From contig NC_042998.1 in the NCBI RefSeq assembly GCF_006345805.1, positions 56,668,001-56,732,000 on the forward strand: a DNA stretch of 64,000 nucleotides. The letters run 5' to 3'. Below the pieces are notes generated by a model. The model searched no databases. It was not told the DNA's origin and worked only from the letters and a program-made list of their open reading frames with translations. The translations under genes and the position numbers were made by a program. Below, piece by piece: positions 12,061-25,947 of the stretch. Within the stretch, counting starts at the first letter, position 1. Each line of letters opens with the position of its first letter. This DNA is from Octopus sinensis. Taxonomy: Eukaryota.

Positions 12061-13257
12061 AAATTAAAATTTATTCTTTTACATAAGTTTATTTTTCAGA
12101 CATTTTAAAACTATGTTTTAATTTTTAAATATTTTCAGAGAGAATGAAATTTCATTTTAATTGTTGAGCATCTACTAATTCATTGTTTAAAAAAGCTTTG
12201 CACTTATATTTTAAAATCACGATTTAAACAAAAGTTTCAAATGAAAATATGGCGGTAGTAGGTTGGCGTAGAATGCAGAAACGAGGGCCAATCACAAAAA
12301 GAAGCATTAATGCCGAAAAGGTTAGAAACCAGAGGTCTGAATAAAGAAATGAATAGCTTCCGCATTTCTGTCCACCTATGATACAACAGTTAAAACATAA
12401 CGGTCGCATTTATGTAATTCTATATAATTATTTGTCAAAGGGAGAACTCGATATGAAATGGAGAGGTACGAAATTGAAGTAGCGTTAATGATCACAGGTG
12501 AGCGCCACATCCGGTGAACTGAGTCACATTTCTATTCCACCTATTCACAGTAATTCTCCACCGTCTTTCTTTATCGTTTCCTCTCCTTACTGATCCTTTC
12601 TCCACTTAATTATAACAACAAACCATACTTCCCATGGATGAGATCATCGTGGTTTACAAACACCATACGAATTCTATGTTTTTATACTCACCATTTTCCA
12701 CACATTAATGCAGTGCTTATATTATTTTTCAATATGAAACTATAACAGAAAAACAAATCAATGTTTTCTAAAAACACCATCCCTTAGATTTAATAATATT
12801 CTTTTCGGTAAGTCAACGCTAAAACTTATTCTGGTCGACATATGGTGACCTTTGCTTAAACCCTGTCCAATGGCGGTGTTTGTAATATAAACTGTATCCG
12901 AGTTATTTCTGTTTCCTTTTACTTCCCATGTTTTTATTTAGTTAACATCTTTGATATTTCCCCTCTGAGAAAGTCCTGGCAGTCGTTCGCAGCTTCTGAT
13001 ATATCACCTTTACGAAGTCCCTATAGTGGTTCGCTGCGATACCCGATATTCTCATTTGTCAAACAAAAACTCACATGTCATTTCTTATGTACGCATAACG
13101 TTTGTGTATTTTAGCCAATCGATGCACACAAAAGATGTAGTAATAATTAACATTTAAAATTGTAGCTAATATACGTTGGGTATTAGCGTACATGTGCATC
13201 GAAAGCAGTCGAGAGCGTGAAAACGATTGGAACTCCACCAGGCTGGTTTATCCTTAA

Positions 13258-13649
13258 ACTAGCAGTATCGCCCGGCGTTGCTCGGGTTTGTTTCGACCCT
13301 TTAGAATTGGAGTTTTTGAAAAGTAAAAATTTTGCATTATGTAGCTTGTTATTCTCTTTAAGTGAACATTTTTCTGGTTGAAATACGCCGAAAAATGGCG
13401 ACACAGCAGTAAAAAATTGTAAAAAATAGGGATTTTCATAGAAAAAAAGCACCTTTTTGATGTAAATAATTTTTGGTATTAACATGGTCTGATTTCGATT
13501 TTACCTTCTACGGAATGAAGAGCAAGCCTTCTTCTATCATACTCTCAATTTTGGTCAACTTGCGCCGTAGTATCTCGGAGGAGATAGTGTTAATTGAAGG
13601 CTACCAAACCTGCCACACACAGACAACTTCAGCTTTATATATATAGACT
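13258..13649 (+). mobile_element. Helitron/Helentron-type non-autonomous element (Lep1/HINE-like)
   Basis: Starts actagcagtatcgcccggcgttgctcggg and ends cacacagacaacttcagctttatatatatagact; both termini resemble Lep1-like elements. Confidence 0.55.
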
Positions 13650-14861
13650 ACTACATGGAAACAATGTGTTGTTTTCTAAATATAAGAATATTAGATTGGA
13701 ATATAAGATAGGGATCATAGTTTGATCAGATCTATGAGAAATAAATCACAGTCATTAAAACTGAAGAATATGGAATGTGCGTCAGGAATATCTAGGGTTC
13801 TGACATATGTTTCCAATAATTGTTACTTGTCTGTTACACAAAAGCACGGGATAAACTAAATTTAGAGAGTTTGAGAATATTTGAAAGTACTTTGTGGCTA
13901 AGAATCAGATTGTCTGTCGCCAAGTTACTGCCAATTACAATCGTTTACTCTGTGTCTTCAGACATGATGTAGGTATGGTAAGGGGTGTATGTCAAAAGTA
14001 CTTCATGTCTTTTAATGTAGATTAATATCCTATTGTATTGCTTTTACTTATGCATTCTTTATATCAGGAATATTCATAAGACTGATTAAATTAAGAACAT
14101 TAGCTGTTTTATGGTATTTGTATTGGAAAAGCTTAATACTTGTACATTATTGTTTTTTTCTCCACTTTTCTTATTTAAATATTTCCCCACCGCCTCACTG
14201 TCTGTCTGTCTATCGTTCTCTCTATCTCTTTGTCTCTGTCTATTTAGCTCTCTCTCTGTTTCTGTCCTTCTCTCTCCCTGTCTCTATCTGTCTGTCTGTC
14301 TGTCTGTCTCCCTCTCTTTCTTTCTTTCTTTCTTTCTTTCTCTCTGTCTCCTTCTCTTTCTCCCCCCTCTCTCTCTCTCTCATGCGGAAGGTAGATCAGA
14401 ACAAAGTTTGTCACTCGTGTCTCGTGTTTGATTGGCTATGCAGGCAATGCGTTTGAAAGAAGCGTAAATGTTACAACTTCTCATTAAAATAATCGTCAGA
14501 ACACGGGACTGAATTTTTTTTGAGTGTTTAATTTTCCCCATCTACGTTCTGATTTCAAATCCTGATGAGGTGTATATTTCTTTCATCCTTTCGAGGCCTA
14601 TAAAATATTTGGTTATGTGTTTGGGTCGATTCAATCGCCTATGTTATTTTTACCTGAAATGTGTAACTTTGTGTCTGTAGGAAATTAATATTCTGTTCAA
14701 TTTTCCAAATAACTTCAAAACTTCCTGGGCCGATATAAAGCAACATTCGCTACTTTATATGCAGTACAGCAGGTCATGTCACTCCCATTTGGAAAGTCAA
14801 TGTATCTGTTCACTTTATTTTATAATTTCTCCCAAGAGTCACACCGAAGTGTTTTGTGATT

Positions 14862-14895
<34 letters not shown>

Positions 14896-16020
14896 TTCGT
14901 TCCTTTTTTAAGGTTTAATCAATGAGAGAACCATTTCTCAGCATTTTGATGAACAATATTGGACTGAAGCCAACGACAGGGTTTCTGCTTAATGATTTGA
15001 ACTTACTAATTGTTCCAGTCAGCGGTTTCCATCAACAAACACTAGCATAGAGACCATACATCTTAAGTTAAATCTTAGGACAGCATACACCATCATAAGT
15101 TAGGTGCTGACATGGTCGTGTGATTAAGAAATTTTCTTTGCATCTACGTGGAAAACATTCGATACCCTTGCACAAAGGTGGCGAATCAGATAGAATCAGT
15201 GGAGTATCAGATAGACTACATCGTGGTATTTTTTCTGATTTTCCGCGCGCCGAGTTCAAATCCTGCCGAGATCAACTTTAGTTTTCATCAGTTTGAGGTC
15301 GATAAAAATTTACAAATTCACGATGATGGATTAGCAGAACTGTTAGAAGGTAGGGCGAGATGTCTTGCATTATCTGTTGCTATAGCAATGTCCTCGACGG
15401 TAATGGTGTCAAATTCTGTTGGCCAAGTCAGCAGCTTTTCCTTTTGAAAAGGAACATTTGCATGCATGGACAACTACATGTATTTTGTTCCAGTACATAC
15501 ATACTTGTGCAGATGCATGTAGCAATCCCTTGGACAGGTGCCAAACCGTTAGCAAGTGTAAATTTAATGGACAAGTGTGTTCTATAATAGCCTCGGATAG
15601 TACAGAACTTTATTTAGAGGGCAAAATATGTGGCAGCCCGATGGAAATGCTACTATTTCATTTCTCGGGTGGTAAGCTTAATCCATTACTTGGTTTACCA
15701 CCACCGCCTGATATAGGAGCTTTTAACGGATTCCACTCTGCTGCAAGCTTTCAGACTAGAACTGAAGGTAACCCGATATCTTGAGTGTTCTACGCATTAC
15801 TTTAGTAATTCAAGAATCGTGGTTTTTCCCTCCCCACACCTCCGGCGGCATTGCAAAGGGTAACATGTAATGGATACTACTTGTTTTGATTAAGTAATTA
15901 AAAAAATGCTGGAAGAACATGGATACAATTTCGATCAGTTATGATCAGTTATCAGGTAAAATAATTTACGTTATTTTCTCTCATAGGAAAGGTACATTTA
16001 TAATATCAATATTCATTTCC

Positions 16021-16051
<31 letters not shown>

Positions 16052-16112
16052 GTACAACACATATATGTATATATATATATATATATAGTATTTATATGTA
16101 CGTGTAGCAATA

Positions 16113-17766
16113 AATGAGGTCAAATACTACTCTGCTGTAGGCCTTGATAGATTCCCCGCTAGTCTCCCGAAGGAATGTAGACACCAACTTGCAGTCCCTC
16201 TGACCAACCTCTGGAGAAATTCGTTAGACGCAGATTATATACCGAAACAGTTTCTATCCCAGTCGGTCATCCCGGTTTTCAAACAGGGAAAGAGAGCCCT
16301 CGCAGTCAACTATCGCCCAATCTCACTCACCTCCCACATCATCAAAGTGTTTGAAAAAGTGTTAAGATCAAGGATAGCTGACTTCCTGGAGACCCACAAA
16401 CTCCTAAATGCAAATCAGCATGGCTTTCGCTGTGGCAGGGACTGTCTAACACAGCTCTTACACCACATTGAAGATGCACTCAAAGCCTTGGGAACAGGTT
16501 CGAACTCTGACGTCATATATCTTGACTTCAGTAAAGCGTTCGACAGGGTAGACCATAATATCCTACTCTTAAAATTGGCAAATGTTGGAATCCGTGGAAA
16601 AGTTCTACACTGGATTAAGTATTTCTTGGCGAATAGAACACAACATGTTGTAGTTGATGGAGTCCACTCAAGCCCAGCAAAAGTCACCAGCGGTGTTCCC
16701 CAGGGGACTGTCTTGGGTCCGCTACTCTTCATAATTTACATAAACGACCTTTCCAGTGTCGTACATTACTGCAAAGTGAAAATATTTGCTGATGACACTA
16801 AGCTCCAGCAAATCGTCAATAAAGAAGCAGACCGAACTCAACTCCAGTCTGATCTATATGCTGTGAGTCAATGGGCAGACAGAAACAAAATGCAACTGAA
16901 TGAGGGAAAATTTGAGCTGATGCATTTTAGAAGAAATTCCTCACTAAAACAGCCATACTCTCTTCCTTCAGGGGAACCACTCACAGCCTCTAACAATATC
17001 AGAGACCTGGGTGTAATTGTTGATGACGATCTCAGTTGGAGTGCACACATCAACAAGAAGGTCGATATAGCTCGTAGGATGAGTTCATGGATCTTAAGAA
17101 CTATCCAGTCCAGAGAACAAGGTGTCATCATACCACTTTTCTCCTCCTTTGTACGGCCACACCTTGAATATTGCTGCCCACTGTGGTCTACCCATACAAG
17201 ACAAAACATCTCCAGGATTGAGTCACCCCAGAGGGCACTCACTAAACGAATTGAAGGCATGGCTGCTCTCGATTATTGGGATCGCCTTAAAGCCTTGAAA
17301 CTTTACTCTCTCCAGCGTCGCCGTGAGCGGTACATCATTTGTACGATGTGGAGAATATACCGCCAACTTTGCCCAAACGACCTTAACATTAGCTTCAAGG
17401 TTCATCCAAGACTGGGACCACGGGCCATACGTCCCCTGCCCAAATCAAGATCACAGCATACATGTACACTTCAACATAATTTCTTTTCCTCAACAGGCCC
17501 TGCCCTATTTAACATTGTCCTGAGGGAGATCAAAGAGGAAAAGGATCCCATCAACTTTAAATGGAGTCTGGATAGATTCCTTCAAAGAATACCAGATAAG
17601 CCACCCATAATTGGATACAACTCACCCAACAAGAATTCACTACTTGAATGGACCATAAACAAAACTTGGCTTAAACAGGATTCGAATAATCCATCAGGTG
17701 GTGCTATTAAGTTAGACATGGCCTGGACCAATCTTTGGTCGAAACATATCTAAGTTTTATCTAAGT

Positions 17767-17771
<5 letters not shown>
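16113..17771 (+). mobile_element. 5'-truncated CR1-like LINE, reverse transcriptase region with an open frame
   Basis: NYRPISLTS, QHGFR, DFSKAFDRVDH, SGVPQGTVLGPLLFIIYINDL and FADDTKL motifs; frame open from ~16113 to 17753; ctaagtttta repeat tail. Confidence 0.95.
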
Positions 17772-17798
<27 letters not shown>

Positions 17799-17811
17799 CA
17801 TACATACTACA

Positions 17812-17847
<36 letters not shown>

Positions 17848-17947
17848 TATAATGCCTTGAGATCAGAGAGAACAAATTATCAATGCTGTTAGCGTTATTA
17901 TTATTATCATCATCATCATCATCATGCTATTGTTGTTGTTGTTCTTA

Positions 17948-18160
17948 AGGCGATGAGCTGGCTAAATCGTTAGCATGCCGGGCGAAAAGCTTAGCGACAT
18001 GTCATCTGTCTTTGTGTTCTGAGTTCAAATTCCACCGACGTCGATTTTACTTTTCTTCCTTTCGGGGTCGATAAATTAAGTAACAGTGAAACAACAGTGG
18101 TCAATGTAATCGACTAGTCCCCTCCCCCAAATTTCAGGTCTTGTGCCCTTAGTAGAAAGT
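17948..18160 (+). mobile_element. SINE family A
   Basis: Head plus core match. Confidence 0.8.
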
Positions 18161-18276
18161 ATTATTATTATTATTAATCACGATTTATTTTATCGTTAGG
18201 ACGGAAAGCTGGCATAATCGTTGGCACGTCTGACATAATATTTGGTAGTGTTCATGCTGGCTCTTTATGTTCTGTG

Positions 18277-18725
18277 TAATCTCTAATTCGAGCCTACTCT
18301 AGGCTACTAAGAATGCGTACGGCAACATGAAGATCCACCCACCACACGCGATAGACTGGTGGTTGCACGGGCGCGAAGGCTACGTTGTTATCCTCATTCC
18401 GTAAACGGTGGCTTTTTAACGGATGGAAAGCTGAACCATCCTGGGGTACAGAGGATTTGCAATCTAGACTAGGGTCTGAAAGTTTACCACACCATAGTGG
18501 GTTACACCATGGTTCCTCTGCTTTGTGGCAGAAGTAGGAAGAAAGAGTGAAAGAAAGTTGTGGCGAAAGAGTACAGTGGGGGGTTCCCCACTCCTCCCCG
18601 CCGGAGCATCGTGGAGTTTAGGTGTTTTTGCTCAATAAACACTCACAATGCCCGGTCTGGGAATCGAAACCGCGTTCTTACGACCGCGAATCCGCTGGGC
18701 CTAACCACTGGGCCATTGCGCCTCC
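18277..18725 (-). mobile_element. tRNA-derived SINE (head type 1, tail A)
   Basis: Inverted homologue of 464-890. Confidence 0.85.
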
Positions 18726-18847
18726 ACTGTTGCTGTTGTTGCTGTGTTTACCTCATCATAACATCCTCACGATTACGCCAACTACCGCAACTGACAATAC
18801 TTCCACCGCCATCAGAATCAGCAGCAGTTAGCAGCCGCAGCAGTAGT

Positions 18848-18902
<55 letters not shown>

Positions 18903-19039
18903 ATGGTGAGAGTTGCAGCACAACACTTGGCCAACTAATTAAGAAAGACACCCATTCTCAGATGACGTGCGGTATTTATTGACAAAACCTTTAACTGAAA
19001 CTGAAAGGTTGAACCTTCATGTAATGAATACACATACAA

Positions 19040-19389
19040 AGTAGCCTTGTGTGTAGCTGACATATATTTACTAATATATGATACACACATACATGCATAC
19101 ATATATGCACACATATATATGCATACATATATATATATATGCGTTTATATATTATATATAGATATATAAACGTGTGTGTGTGTGTGTATGTGTGTGTGTG
19201 CGTGTGTGCGATTGCCCGACTGGTTCTTGTGTAAATCATTCTCTCCACACATTGCAAAATTGACGCCACACGCATGTGTACGCAATCACATTTACTTATA
19301 TATTCATGTACGTACGTAACTTCATACATACGTGCATACATACATACATACATACATATATATATATATATATTATATATATATATATA

Positions 19390-19436
<47 letters not shown>

Positions 19437-19496
19437 GTATATATATGTATATATATATATGTATTTATATATATATATATTCATATATACATATAC

Positions 19497-19549
<53 letters not shown>

Positions 19550-19800
19550 CATATATATACATATACATACATACATATATATATATATGTGTATATCTGT
19601 ATATATATATATATACATATACATACATACATACATATATATATATATACATATACATATATATGCATATGCATTGGCACATATATATATATATGTGTAT
19701 ATCTGTATATATATATATGTACACACACACACATACACACATACATACATGCGTATGTGTGTGTATATGTGTGAGTGTGTGTGTGTGTGTGTGTATGAAT
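19040..19800. repeat. Compound (TA)n/(TACA)n/(TG)n microsatellite
   Basis: Seen directly; it is the source of many spurious ORFs. Confidence 0.95.
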
Positions 19801-20710
19801 GGACACACACATTCAATGAGGATGGTATTTACATAAGCAAGTGTTAGAAATAGTTTAAAATATCACTTAATGCCATTTCAGTATATACACACTTATATTT
19901 GTTAATTAGAGATTAATGTATATGAAACTGCGTTATAAGCTCAGTGTATCTGGCTGTTGACTGAGATGTTCCCCGTTCGTTTTTAATCTGTGAGTTCGTG
20001 CAGTGTAGAAGGCCTAGTACGAACTTAATATTTCTTCTGACTCAGTATATTTATTCTCAGTCGTTGGATTATTTCCTTCAACTGTGATGGTCTTCTTATA
20101 ATGAGAAACTTACCGTCGAACTGGAAATAATCCAATGTTCTTGAACGATGAAGATTATTCCTATGAAGTCGAAGAACTATTGGAAAAGTTTGAGAGTTTT
20201 AAGACTCTACTTCTTATATGAATAAATAACGAAATAGGCAGTAATCTGCAAGAAAGGAAAAAAAAAAAGCTGGTCTGGAAAAGATTGGCATTAAACTTCA
20301 TTGCAGAGTAGTAAAAGTTGCATTTATCCGTCCTGAACTAGTACTAAGTACTATAATAGTATTTCGAAGATCTCCAATAACTTCACACAAACACTGGGAG
20401 CCTTCATAAAGTAGATTTCGATAAATTTAAATTACGCTTAGATATTCTATTGAGTAAAGTCTCGAGTGAACCTATATCACGGTATGTGACATTTATGAGG
20501 ATAACGGTACCAAATGATGCTATTGCCCTCAAAACACACAGAGCTTAGGGTGCAACAGCATCGATGGCGATATCCCAGTATTGCCACAAACAACAGGCTG
20601 GAATTAATAAGAGACCTAACTAGATGTAAATCTGTGACTTACAAATACCACGCATCACCCTAACTACTAGAAGCAGTGTGAATCTATCTTAAAATGGTTA
20701 TGGTTAGGAG

Positions 20711-20818
<108 letters not shown>

Positions 20819-21054
20819 CACTGCATGGAACTGATATCATCAAATGATATGCCAATGTCCCAGATGGTTATGGAAGCCTTGTAACAGAAAAAGAAAATCA
20901 GAAAGAAGAATTTTGCACAGGGGTATATCGAACCACTTTTATGCCAAAGTGCAATTTAACAGTTTACACTTATGATTATTTCAAGTGAATATTTTATAGT
21001 CGTTCATTTTAATTTTTATGCGGATCCGTTCAGAGTGTGCTTTTTAAGAACCAT

Positions 21055-21215
21055 TTCTCTTTCACTTGGTTCAGTCATTGGACCACTGCCATGCCCGGAC
21101 ACTACCTCGATCCAAGAACTTAGTCTTAAGTCTGGTGCTTATTTTATCGGTCTCTTATGCTGAACTGCTAATTTACGAGGACGTAAACAAACCAAGATCG
21201 GTTGTCAATCGATTT
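21055..21215 (-). mobile_element. CORE-like SINE 3' half (decayed)
   Basis: Reverse-complement similarity to 63640-63825. Confidence 0.6.
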
Positions 21216-21331
21216 CAAATTTAAAACTGCGTTTCCGACAGTTTTCACCGTCACACCAAGAAGGTTCCAAATAATCAGAATATGAGTTGCTTAGATGCAA
21301 CTGTTGCATTGAAGATACACACACACACACA

Positions 21332-21374
<43 letters not shown>

Positions 21375-21585
21375 ACACACACACATATATATATATATAC
21401 ATATGACAATATATACATATTTAAAATGCAGACGCATACATATATGTTGAAGATGCACTCATATACATACATACATACATACATACATACATACATGCAT
21501 CCATCCATCCATCCATCCATCCATCCATCCATCCATCCATCCACCCATCCATCCATACATACTTACATCCATCCATATATACACA

Positions 21586-22134
21586 CACGACCTCAATAAA
21601 GTGTAAGTTCAACAGACTTGATATAATGATTTGGGATAGACAAGAGATACTGTGCACAGTTGTGGAAATTAGCTGCCCAGCGGCTATTAACATAAAGTTG
21701 AAAATAAGTGAAAAAAAGAGAACACCCACGTTGAACTATTGAGAAATCTGAAGTTACTCTATCCAGAATACAAATTAAGGTTTATACCTGTAATTATTGC
21801 GGCTCTGGGATATGTAATACATTGCCTAAATACCAATCTTGAGAAATTAAGCTTCTCAAAACTAGAGAGGAGAAAACAAATTCGAAGACTACTGATCCAA
21901 TCCATTACTGGAACTATAAAAATCTGTAAAACTTTCCAGAAGTTTTTCACTTAAATATATATGAGTATGTCTGGATATGCAACTATATACATCAAACAAA
22001 ACATACAAATTTGCGAATATACATACATAATACATACATACATGCATACATACATACACACACACATACATACATACATACATACATACATACATACATA
22101 CATACATACATGCATGCATGCATGCATACATACA

Positions 22135-22165
<31 letters not shown>

Positions 22166-22309
22166 TGATACATACATATCGATACATACAAACAAACAAA
22201 ACTACTCTGTTGTTGATGTTGAAATTCCAATGAAGGAATCTTGGATCTAGTTTAGAAACCGGTTCTCTCTCTATTGGCAAGAAATTTTGAAATAAAACTG
22301 AACAATGAC
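21586..22309 (+). mobile_element. 5'-truncated RLE (R4-like) LINE: endonuclease C-terminus plus 3' UTR, ending in (ATAC)n
   Basis: [69 protein letters not shown] is a PD-(D/E)xK RLE motif; the copy ends aacaatgac followed by (atac)n. Confidence 0.85.
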
Positions 22310-22346
22310 ATACATACATACATATATACATACATACATACATACA

Positions 22347-22377
<31 letters not shown>

Positions 22378-22386
22378 CACATACAT

Positions 22387-22860
22387 ATGTGACTGCCCTG
22401 ACGTATACATCAAAGGCATGTCAGAACCAGCAGATATTCACACCTTTAAAAACAAAGGATACTGGTGGAACACCCCCAATAAAAACATCAATTCGGTACA
22501 AACGTAACAAACCTGATATTGTTTTATGGGACAGGGGACAAAAGTCGTGTACTGTTGTAAAGGTCAGCTGATCAGCAGATGTGAATGTACAATCAAAAGT
22601 CCAGGAAAAAGAGAACATTTTTGGCGAATTGATGCGGAACTTAAAGCTCTTGCACCCTGACTATGAGTTCTCATTTGCACCTATTATCATAGGTGCATTA
22701 AGTTATGTACAAACAAATTTGCACAAAAACCTAGAAATACTCGGTTTCACGAAAAAAAAAAAAAAAAAAGCAAAAGAAACTGACGCAGATTCTCCAAATT
22801 CAATCTATTAGTGGCACTGTGAAGATTTGCAAGAAATTCCAAAAATGTTCCATGTGAGAT
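22387..22860 (+). mobile_element. Second, diverged RLE LINE fragment in tandem, starting in the (ATAC)n tail of the first
   Basis: YWWNTP..RNKPDIVLWDRGQKSCTVVKVS..EKENIFGELMRNLKLLHPDYEFSFAPIIIGALSYV. Confidence 0.8.
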
Positions 22861-24119
22861 TCTTATGTGAATAGATGCATACGCTTGTGTCAATACACGA
22901 ACTCAACCGCATATTTATAAACACCGGGAACTCTCTTAACTCGAAAAGCTTGTCGCTTTGTTAGCGACTGGTTTGAACACTCTCAAGAATTTAAATTAAA
23001 CTCAAAGAAAAGAAACACACACACACTTACACAGATACAGACACACACACACACACGTATATGTACATACACGCATTCTCTCTCTCTCCTAATCTCTCTC
23101 CCTCCTTCTCTCTCTCTCTCACATACACACACACATATATATATATGTACATACACACCCCCTCTCTCTTACACTCTCTCTTTCTCACACACATACACAC
23201 ACATTTATATGTATATATACATGCAAATACACACTCCCTCTCCACCTCTCTCTCTCTCTCTCACACACACACAGGGAGGGATAGGAAAAGAGGGGAAGAG
23301 AGAGAAAGAAGGAGAAAAGGAAAGAAAAGAAGAGAGAAAATGAGTGAGAGAGAAAGAGAGTGAGGGGGAGAGAGAAAGCGAGAAAATGAAAGAACACGTC
23401 AGTGGGCCAGAAGCTGGAGTATCTTTTATCTTCTATCTTAAACCATTGGGAGTGAAGGATAACTGGGATAACTCGGAAATAAAACCTGCGGCTCAGTGGT
23501 TACCGATGATGTTGACTTGTTCTTCTTTTCGGATTATGGCTGCTGTTGCTTAGTGAGTGGGATTGACTCAGTGCACAGCCTTTCCTCACTTAAAAAAAAA
23601 AATCTTCTTGCACAGGTATTGCACGATAACAACATTATTCATAATTGTTGATAGTGCTGTGAGTCTCAACTGAATGGCTGGCTGTAGCCTTAAAAACCAA
23701 ATAAAAGTGACATTCGATCACAGCACCAGTAACAGTTAAGCTTCGTGCAATGGCCATACTCGATAACGAGGGGGCAGCCATCATGTATGTATGCATGTAT
23801 GTATGCATGCATGTATGTATGTATGTATGTATGTATCTATGCATGTATGTATGTATGCATGTATGTACAAATATGTGTAGGCCATAGACATCAGCCGCAT
23901 TAATTTCAGCAGTCTGGGAGGATGTACAAAGGCCATAGCCACTGTTCCCACTCCTCCACCGAATACCTTTTAACAAGCAGGCCACAAACAAACAAGGAAA
24001 ATATGCAATCTGTCTGGACGAATGAAATCAGTAATTCATATAGATTATTGGAAAACAAAAATAAACTTCTACTCTCTTTGTCTCTTCCTTCCTTCCTTCC
24101 TTCCTTCCTTCCTTCCTTC

Positions 24120-24173
<54 letters not shown>

Positions 24174-24182
24174 CTCTTTCTT

Positions 24183-24245
<63 letters not shown>

Positions 24246-24343
24246 GTCTGTTTGTTTGTCCGCCGGTCTGTCTGTCTATCTGCCTGTCAGTTTGTCTGCC
24301 CCTCCCTCTCTCGCTTTGTATATACATGCATATATATATATGC

Positions 24344-24378
<35 letters not shown>

Positions 24379-24556
24379 TGTATATATATGTATGTATATA
24401 TATATACATGCATATATATACATATGCGTGTATATATATATGCGTGTATATATATATATATATTATATATATATATATATATATCCATGTATATATATAT
24501 ATATGTATGTATATATATATATATGCATGTATATATATACATGTATACACACATAT

Positions 24557-24591
<35 letters not shown>

Positions 24592-25413
24592 TATACAAAT
24601 CTACATACGAACATACATATGTACATGCATACAGACACTGACTCACATATTCGAGGGCACGCACACAGATGCAGACACATCAAGTGGTGATGAAAAAATA
24701 TTAGAAAATATAACATTTGAAAATAAAAATGTCGGAACAGATGTGACACACACACCTATGCACCACACACACACACACATGCAAACACACGCACATACCC
24801 ACAAAACTACCATACATACAACAGTCCACATATGCATTTGTAAACACAAGCACGCTTTCTCTCCCCCCTCTCCCTCTCTCCCTTACACACTGAAAGGCAT
24901 TGTTTCTTAATATATATATATGTTTATATTCATAATTTTTACAAAATGAGCGCATACATGAATACATATATATTTATATATGCGTATATATATATATAAA
25001 GAGAGAGAGAGAGATGTGTACATATGGAAGTATGTAACTAAGTATGCATGCTGACATACTTGTAAGTATTAATGCATACATACACATCAGCATACCAATT
25101 TATGTACGTGTGTGTATGTGTGTATGTCTGTGTGTCTGTGTATGTGTCTGTACGTGTGTATGTGTTAGTGTGTGCATGTCTGTATGTTTCTGTGTTATAA
25201 ACATTTAAAATACCATCAAATGCCATATTTAGTTAATTCTATTCCCAATTCAGCGCTAAAACACCAAAGTCGCCTTTAATTCTTGTTTTGCTTCACTCTG
25301 AGTAAACATGTTTGTTTCTTATCAACATCTCGGTCTACTATTTGTAAAATGTTAATATGAAAACCTTCTATATTATTTCCGTTCACTGGTAAGAGAGAAA
25401 TATTGATGCCATG

Positions 25414-25947
25414 TTAGTTAGTACTAGGCAGAGAGGCAATGGTCATCATGAGCAGGGTCTGGAAGAGTAGAGACATCAGACTCGCTACCAAATACAGATT
25501 GGTGAATGCAATTGTTTTCCCAATAGCAACATATGGATGCGAGACCTGGACACTAAAGAAAGCTGACCAGAAGAGAATTAATGCATTCAAGCTTTGGTGT
25601 TGGAGAAGACTTTTACAGATTCCATGGACAGCAAGGCTCACCAATGGAGAAGTTCTTAAGCAGATCAGGCCGAAAATGTCGCTAGAAGCTAGGATCACCA
25701 AGCATAGATTGGCATATTTCGGTCATATTATGCGGAGAAAATCCCTGGAGAAGGACATCATGCTCGGAATGGTCAGTGGCAAGAGGGGAAGAGGCCGACC
25801 AAGAACCCACTGGCTTGACACCATCAAGAGGGATACCGGAATGGACATAGCCAATCTGAAAGAAGCGGCCCAGGATAGAACTGACTGGAGGACACTGATC
25901 CAACGAGTAACCGAGAGTCGACTTCGACTGAGCGGATAGATAGATAG
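25414..25947 (+). mobile_element. 5'-truncated RTE-clade (BovB-like) LINE 3' end
   Basis: Open 166-aa frame with YGCETWTL..WCWRRLLQIPW..YFGHIMRR..GKRGRGRP..W; 3' end gagtcgacttcgactgagcgg followed by (atag)n. Confidence 0.92.

Noticed and set aside
16415-17260. Minus-strand ORFs over LINEs (also 29573-30004, 58447-58791)
   Set aside because: They are antisense shadows of RT/RLE coding frames.
22228-22272. Hammerhead-like gaaaccggtt in the RLE LINE 3' UTR
   Set aside because: The CUGANGA core is absent in both copies (caatgaag).
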